DNA of 37,589 nucleotides, taken from NCBI GenBank assembly GCA_964016885.1, contig CAXHJY010000655.1, positions 1-37,589 on the forward strand. Reading direction: 5' to 3'. Source of the stretch: Eledone cirrhosa (taxonomy: Eukaryota). The notes under the pieces are model-generated. The model was not told the origin of the DNA. It worked only from the letters and a program-made list of their open reading frames with translations, and searched no databases. Of this stretch, positions 27,901 through 37,589 are shown piece by piece. Within the stretch, counting starts at the first letter, position 1; every line of letters begins with the position of its first letter. The position numbers and the translations under genes are program-made.

Positions 27901-29409
27901 AGACAAACTTAACGACCTGGGCAAAAGTCTTAGTGACTTTAACTTGCCAAGGCCAAATAATATTGTTGCTAATCAGGATATTGGCAATTTGGAGTTATTG
28001 CATGAATTGCAATACACCAGAGAAGAGCAGCGACGATTTGTAGACGAGACAGAGCCTCTATTGAATAGTCAACAAAAACACGCGTATGACTTCGTTTGTA
28101 ACAGTTTAGAGATGAACACATTTGTATTGATTTTCATTGACGCTCCAGGTGGAACAAGAAAGACATTCCTGATTAACTTAATTCTTTCAAAAGTCAGGGG
28201 AAAACGTGGCGTGGCTATTGCTGTTGCGTCATCTGGCATTGTCGCAACACTGATGCCTGGTGGAAGAACAGCGCATTCTAGGTTCAAAAATACCGATAGT
28301 AGTGAAAGAAAATGGTCTGTGCAACATTGATAAAAACTCAAAGACGGCAAACCTCTTCCAGCATACAAGGCTGATTCTTTGGGATGAGTGTCCTTTGATT
28401 CAGAGGGAAAGCTTCGAAGCTGTTGACCTCACTCTGCGTGACATATGCGACAACAATGAGGCATTCGGTGGAATTTTGACAATTTGCTATGGCGATTTCC
28501 GTCAGCTTCTTCCGGTAGTGAAAAGGGGAAATGAAGCGTACGTGGAAAACGCATGCATTAAAAAATTCTACTTATAGCGAAGCTTCAAAAGATTTCAGTT
28601 GAAGATAAACATGCGATTGGGTGGGGGAGCAGGAGACTATTCATAGTTCCTATTGGATATTGGAGAAGATAAGATAAAAAAAAAACTGAAAATGAGGAAA
28701 TTATTTTGCCAAAAGAAATGGTTCTCCAAACAACAACTATGGAAGAATGTATTGATTTCATCTACCCCTCATTCGATAATCCAGCTGAAGTGTTTTAGAA
28801 ATATTGCATCTTAGTACCTCTCAATGAAATGATGAGAAGCATCAATTCTACCTGTATCAGACGCTTCCCTGGAACCATAAAAGAGTACCGATCCTATAAT
28901 TCTGTGAGTGATGGTGCCAATGCCACTCATTTCCCGACTGAATTCCTTGATTCGGTTGAACTATCAAGTCTGCCACCACATAACCTGGAATTGAACAAAA
29001 AAGGATCGCCAATAATTCTTATGAGAAACTCGAATCCTCCAAGGCTTTGTAATGGAACGCACATGATCGTGGAAGAACCGCACGACAATCTCATATAGCA
29101 AGAATCAACACTGCTGCTTTCAGAAATGAGATCGTTATGATACCTAGAATAAGAATTAATCTATCCGGAGGTGAGGATATCCCTTTGTAGCGAAGCCAAT
29201 TCCCAGTTCAATCGTGCTTCGCTATGACTATTCATAAAGCACAAGGACAAACTATGGAAAACGTCTTGGTTTATCTGGAACGACCTGTATTCCAACACGG
29301 TCAACTGTATGTAGCCCTTGGCCGCGGAAAACAAAAAGAAAATGTCAGAGTGTTTTTGAAGTCAACTAAGAATGTTGTCATCAAAAGCATTCTTTTGAAA
29401 AAACTGTAA
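24990..29409 (+). pseudogene. Helitron RepHel pseudogene (STPR-like repeats, Zn motif, Helitron_like_N, Rep, PIF1 helicase)
   Basis: ATG at 24990 (MPRRGRKK), C..C..CC..GKV, FLQIYF, YDSLQYVLFFP.GDDGW, GRRIILSSTFVGGPRYM, FITMTCNP, VEYQ, MIHGP, KYVIKYTMKG, FIDAPGGTRKT, WDECP, GDFRQLLPV, MTIHKAQGQT, HGQLYVALGR. Many stops and frameshifts. Confidence 0.95.
25134..25350 (+). repeat. 69-bp (23-aa) coding tandem repeats, STPR-like
   Basis: GCGCGTCTGGCG-like motif at 25155, 25224 and 25293; translates as E(T/S)D....ARLAEQ.ERDR.R.DH. Confidence 0.85.
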
Positions 29410-29754
29410 CAGCGTAAATATGAGAAAATGTTGTTTCCGACGCCAGAAAATGAAAGGAAAAACAGAAAAAAATCTTTCAGAACAAACAGTCAAGCATCCA
29501 TAGAGATATAGAAAAAAGAATTTTGAAGTGGAATGATTGGATAGATATTAGTGGAAAATGATTTGATATTTTCTTTGTGAAAATACTTGTGAATAATAGA
29601 GTGAAAAGACAAGTTTCACGTAAATCGGACCACGGGTTCCCGAGATACGCGGGGTTTTTTCGGGTACCTTTATAAATAGCCAAATCAGCGCATAATGGAA
29701 AAATACTTTGTAAGTAAGGTACCATTGAAATGTGAATACAAACGCAGATAGCGG

Positions 29755-29795
<41 letters not shown>

Positions 29796-30137
29796 CTGGT
29801 GGTGTTGTTGAATGAAATTATAACAGGTGACTTCAAAGAATCGAATACAGCATTACTGTATCTAGCTTGAATTTGGTGACTCAATATTAAGTTATATGTA
29901 TCTTATAACTTGTGTTAGGACAGGATGTATGTGTGTGTATGTCTGTAACCAGTGTATATAGGCCACAGTCACCCACACACCCATACAAACACATATATAT
30001 ATATACACGTACATATACACGTATATATATATATTGGCTTTCCAATGTCATTTTACATTATATACATTTTGTGTATATTTTAATTATTTAAAAATTATTT
30101 TTAAGTAAACGTGACCCAACGGGTCACGGGTGGTGTA

Positions 30138-30198
<61 letters not shown>

Positions 30199-30234
30199 CG
30201 ATTGTATACAGATTATATATAGAAATATAAATAC

Positions 30235-30322
30235 TTCACCCTTATGGGTCGATAAAATAAAGTACCAGTAATGTACTGGGTATTTGCCGGCCTTGTGCCA
30301 AAAGTAGAAACAATTATTATTA
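30235..30322 (+). mobile_element. 5'-truncated copy of the MetaSINE-like element
   Basis: GGGTCGATAAAATAAAGTACCAGTAATGTACTGGG..GGCCTTGTGCCAAAAGTAGAAACA followed by (ATT)n. Confidence 0.8.
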
Positions 30323-30359
30323 TTATATACATATATAAGAATATATATATACACACACA

Positions 30360-30402
<43 letters not shown>

Positions 30403-30404
<2 letters not shown>

Positions 30405-30599
30405 CGAAGGAAATGTGGTAAGGAACCAGGTGGACCATAACGCACCAAAGTACTCAATACTTAGGGTAGTAGAGTGGGTAATAGGAACGAGTAGGACCCC
30501 GATGGCTGAGCTCAAGCCGTTTCGACGGCTAATTCTGGACATTCAGTCCAGAATTAGCGGTCGAAACGGCTTGAGCTCAGCCGTCGGGTCCTACTCGTT

Positions 30600-30604
<5 letters not shown>
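30403..30604. mobile_element. Fold-back insert (60-bp arms, 5-nt loop) containing only the 3' half of a hammerhead
   Basis: Arms at 30481-30540 and 30546-30604; GAAA CGGCT(T)GAGCTCAGCCG TC GGGTCC at 30563-30591; flanked by (TA)n. Confidence 0.7.
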
Positions 30605-33277
<2,673 letters not shown>

Positions 33278-33449
33278 ATGGAGAGTGGGATTAGCCACCA
33301 TCTAGTAGATAAAACTGATGGATATATATCTTGCCTTAGAGGGAAATGGCGTATATTACTTTTTTGTTATTATAGTCAATAACTTCCACCATTATCAATA
33401 TTACCGTTATTATTGATAATATTTACTTTTTATTCTTATCATTGTTATT

Positions 33450-33880
33450 ACTCTCACTCTCTCTCTTTCCCGCTCTCTTTCCCACTCTCTCCCTTTCACC
33501 TTCTCTCTCTCGCCCCCTCACTTTCCTTCTCTCTTTCTTTCCTTCTTTCACTCTTTCCCCCCTCTCTGTCTCACTCTTTCCTTTCTTTTATCTTTTCCTT
33601 ACAATCTTTTCTCTCCTGTTCTCTCCCTTCCTCCGCTCTCTGCCTCTTTCCTCCCTCTTTATCTCCCACACTATATCTCCCACCATCGCCATCTCTACCA
33701 GTTTCTATCTCTCTGTTTTCCCTCTCCCCCTTCTATCTCTTCCTCCTCCCCTACTCCTCCTCCTCCCTCGCTTACCACCCACACTTAATCCCCACCTACC
33801 TTCATTCTCTACTTACCCTCAATCGCCACCCACTCTAACTCCCTACCCAACGTTACTAACCACTCAACTTCACGCCCCTC
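33450..33880. repeat. CT-rich low-complexity tract
   Basis: Direct reading. Confidence 0.85.
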
Positions 33881-34021
33881 CCTGATATTTCTATAAAAGC
33901 CAAGTTTAACTCTTGATTTATGGTCCACAGTTCTAAGTCAACAGTTTTAATTAGTTGGCCGCCATTTCCAGGGAATTGGTCATTTATGGAAAAGGAATCT
34001 TGCGAAAAATCTAAACAGTTT

Positions 34022-34220
34022 TATTATCATCATCCTCATCATCATCATCGTCGTCATCATCGTCATCATCATCATCGTCATCATCACCATCATTATAGCC
34101 ATCATCATCGTCATCATCATCATCATCATCGTCATCATCACCATCATTATAGCCATCATCATCATCATCATTATCATTTTCATCATCTCCATCATCATCA
34201 CCATCATTATCATTGTCGTT

Positions 34221-34257
<37 letters not shown>

Positions 34258-34271
34258 TCATCATCATCACC

Positions 34272-34305
<34 letters not shown>

Positions 34306-34450
34306 TCATCATCGTTATCTTCCTCATCAATATCGTCATTATTACTGTCGCCATCATTATAAACACCATCCTCTTCCCCATCATCATCATCACCATCATC
34401 CACAACACGCCATCATCATCATCATCTTCACCATCACCATCATTATCAGC
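34022..34450. repeat. (CAT)n/(CGT)n/(CAC)n trinucleotide microsatellite
   Basis: Direct reading; explains the poly-H, poly-D and poly-M ORFs. Confidence 0.92.
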
Positions 34451-34529
34451 GTTATGAGAAGTACCGTTATTAATATTATTAATGTTACTTTTTGTTATGA
34501 TCTCTGACGTTGTGTAATTGATAAATAAT

Positions 34530-34705
34530 TGTTTCTACATTTGGCACAAGGCCAGCAATTATACCAGTGTATTACTGGTACTTTATTTTATCGACCCTGT
34601 AGGGATGAAAGGCAAAGTTAACCTCGGCGGGATTTGAAAAAGCCGTAACTCTTTGCTGCAAAGCATGGCGTCCGACTCTCTACCGATACTGCCAATCCAC
34701 CACCC
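34530..34705 (-). mobile_element. MetaSINE-like tRNA-derived SINE with a 19-bp target-site duplication
   Basis: Homologous to 21199-21382 with a small deletion next to the B box. TGTGTAATTGATAAATAAT occurs at 34511-34529 and 34706-34724. Confidence 0.88.
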
Positions 34706-34896
34706 TGTGTAATTGATAAATAATGTATGTATGTATGTATGTGTGTATGTGTGTATATGTGTGCGTGCGCGCGTGTGTGTGAGTGCGAGTGTGTATGTCG
34801 GGGTGGATTTTAAGAATATTTACTTTAAGAATATTTACTTTAAAAAATATTTCTATATGCAAGACTTCAGTAAACCACTTAATATAATATTATATA

Positions 34897-34925
<29 letters not shown>

Positions 34926-34932
<7 letters not shown>

Positions 34933-35236
34933 AAATACGATGAAATCGAAAATGCAACTGGAGTCTTTTTTTTTTAAATATATATTTATTTGGTTCCTTT
35001 ACCGGTTTCGCAGTTCTTCTGCTTTTCAAAAGTAGAATTGAGATGGAGGGTCTGTAGTTTTTCTCACATCTGTCATGATGGCGACAAAGATGTGAAAAAA
35101 ACCACAGACCCTCCATCTCAATTCTACTTTTGAAAAGCAGAAGAATTACGAAACCGGTAAAGGAACCAAATAAATATATATTTAAAAAATAAAAGACTCC
35201 AGTTGCATTTTCGATTTCATCTTTTTTTTCCTTATA
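34926..35236. mobile_element. Fold-back insert (about 145-bp arms) containing a probable hammerhead 3' half
   Basis: Arms at 34926-35071 and 35088-35236; C GAAA CCGG TA AAGGAACC at 35149-35167 (palindrome ACCGGT, GUA). No CTGANGA box is present. Confidence 0.65.
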
Positions 35237-35631
35237 CTTTCACTCGAGTAGGACACCTCGGTTACTTTTCATTTTGTAAAAAAAAAACCCTCACTTTCTA
35301 ATATATATATATATATATAGTAATAATAATAAATTTGAAGACTATGCACCACCTAAGAGAACATTAGTCTACGACCTCTTTTATACCATAAACGTGGTTC
35401 TGTCTTTGTGCGTAATTGTTTTTCACCGCTCCTATTATTCGTTTTTTCCCGTTCTTTGCCAGCGAACGTTTCCACGAACCAAAGTATCGTCTTCCTGTCT
35501 TCCTCCGGTTGCAACGTTTTTTGAAATATCCAGTTCTGCGTTTACAGATTGACTTTGTTAGTTTCAGAAGATCCCGTTAAGGGTGAAAGCAGCGATTCTT
35601 TGCTTAAACTTTAATCTGTTATTTTAATAAA

Positions 35632-35719
<88 letters not shown>

Positions 35720-35784
35720 TATATGTTTGTGTTTGTGTGTGTATGTGTGTGAGTGACTGTGTGTGAGTGTATCTGTGTAAATTT

Positions 35785-35945
35785 GACGCAGGTTTGCCCG
35801 AGTGTTAAAGATGTTTGCTCTGCAATCATGAGGTCCCTGGTTTCACAGGGTGGAATCTTGGGCAAGTGTCTTTAACAAAGGCCTCGGATCGACCCAAGCC
35901 TTATGAGTGAAATTATATAAACGGAAACAACATAGAAGTCTACCG
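35785..35945 (+). mobile_element. Diverged tRNA-derived SINE (second family)
   Basis: Degenerate tRNA-like head, then CTTGGGCAAGTGTCTT..GCCTCGGATCGACCCAAGCCTTATGAGTGAAATT..ACGGAAAC, resembling a common cephalopod SINE body (from memory, not searched). Confidence 0.55.
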
Positions 35946-36238
35946 GAGGGAGTGTATTTGTAAATCTATCATGTAGAGTTGTGACACTGTGTTCCCCTAA
36001 TCCCACTCCAACACTGCGTAAAGTTTATAGATGTCTATTGAACACTCCACCACTTTGCACGTTGATTCAGTTATTAGGGCATTTATTTGATTAAACAACT
36101 GAACTATCGGACGTATTTTCCACGTGAGAGTCCATCATATATAGCTTAAATGAAATGGCACATGGAAGATACGTCAATGTATATACTTTTGAATATACAT
36201 CCTTATTCATTATATCCTTTCACTAGATAAGAATTCAT

Positions 36239-36318
36239 TATGTATGTATGTATGTATGTATGTATGTATGTATGTATGTATGTATGTATGTATGTATGTA
36301 TGTATGTATGTATGTATG
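36239..36318. repeat. (TATG)n microsatellite
   Basis: Direct reading. Confidence 0.95.
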
Positions 36319-36393
36319 AAAAAGGTAAACAGAAATAACAACACAATCAGTACTGTATATATTTGTTTAACCCTTGATATTGCAGGAAGAATG

Positions 36394-36429
36394 TCTTAAC
36401 GTTTCGGACGCTAGTTCTTCATCAGAAGA
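36394..36429 (-). ncRNA. Minimal Penelope-type hammerhead ribozyme
   Basis: Minus strand: TCTT CTGATGA A GAACTAGCGTCC GAAA CG TT AAGA. Has the GAAACGTT minimal stem III typical of PLE pLTRs, with one mismatch in stem II. Confidence 0.7.
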
Positions 36430-36640
36430 AAGAATGAGAAATAAGATAGATTGAGGGGACGGGCGGTTGGAATTGGAAAAAAATGTCTTTAGATAAAAAT
36501 AATAGGTCCATTCATGTTGACATCTCTTGGAAAATTAATGGTGCTGGCGTTTCGTGTATGATTTATTTTTCAGAAAAGTGGATGATGGAGCGCGTCTACC
36601 TGAAATGGAAATAAAACCGTTTTGTAAAAAGAGGTATACT

Positions 36641-36711
<71 letters not shown>

Positions 36712-36860
36712 ATACGTCCGTATGAAGCTAAGAAGATATGTGTGTATATGTGAGTAAAAGAGTGTGTGTGTGCACGTGAGTACGAAGCTATGAGCAAAAA
36801 TATGTTAATATACGGGTTTGTATGTGTGTATAGAGAGCAGTGAAGGGAAAAGTGTAGTGA

Positions 36861-36911
<51 letters not shown>

Positions 36912-37155
36912 GAAGAAGGAAAGAAAACTACGGACAAAAATATGAACTTTCCTCCTTAAATATGTATGTAAAAACTAAAAAAATGTTTCTCCATTTTCTT
37001 CTTATTTTTTTTATTAATATGCATTTTAACTGCATTACACACTTCCGTCGTTGAAAAGTATATAAAGCTGAAACTGGTACAATTAAATGCGGAATTCCCT
37101 ACTTCGTAAATAAATGTTTTGATGTTATTCTAAAATATCCCTCTACCATTTTCTA

Positions 37156-37269
<114 letters not shown>

Positions 37270-37589
37270 ATATATGCGTGAGCGTATGCGTATATATGTC
37301 CTTTCACTAGATATGAATTCATGTTTCCCAGCCATGACTATTCTATCTTTATTTTGCTTTAAGCCAAATAAAGACTTTCTAGGACTACACAATGCAATGT
37401 GAGCTTTCTTTTCTTTTCTTTTTATGAGAGTAGGGCATGATTTGCTGGAGATATGGCTATTATATATAACAGATCGAGCCACCAAAATGATGATCCACCG
37501 TAGATTCTCAATCTCAGTCAACCAGAACTAAATAATATAAAATATTTCTCTTATATATCGACAAGTTGAAAACGCATCTGTTTCCAGTT

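Noticed and set aside
35460-35500. GAAACGTT on the minus strand as a Penelope-type hammerhead
   Set aside because: The upstream box reads AAGACGA and stems I and II do not pair.

Overview
This is an AT-rich, microsatellite-dense animal genomic window. The SINE and LINE types suggest a cephalopod or other mollusc (inference). I could not identify a host gene; nearly all YI/TH/CV/poly-H ORFs are translations of simple repeats. The window is a nest of mobile elements inserted in (TA)n arrays. (1) A Penelope-like element (PLE) ORF with RT plus a C-terminal GIY-YIG endonuclease, Hydra-clade-like (10655-12907), and C-terminal fragments of two other PLE families missed by the ORF track (3513-3629 and 9653-9862, both minus). 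(2) Many non-coding inserts carrying type I hammerhead ribozymes (HHR) from about 11 different sequence families, including retrozyme-like greater-than-unit-length repeats of 467, about 420-455 and 591 bp. (3) Two inverted 3' fragments of one CR1-type LINE. (4) A decayed Helitron with STPR repeats, Rep and PIF1 helicase. (5) Several tRNA-derived SINEs. The main pattern: most HHR inserts are head-to-head inverted pairs whose 3' ends both run outward into (TA)n. The ribozymes mostly have a palindromic stem III, and several have an unusually long stem II (49-116 nt). This suggests a (TA)n-targeted PLE plus ribozyme-RNA mobilisation system using double-ended priming.
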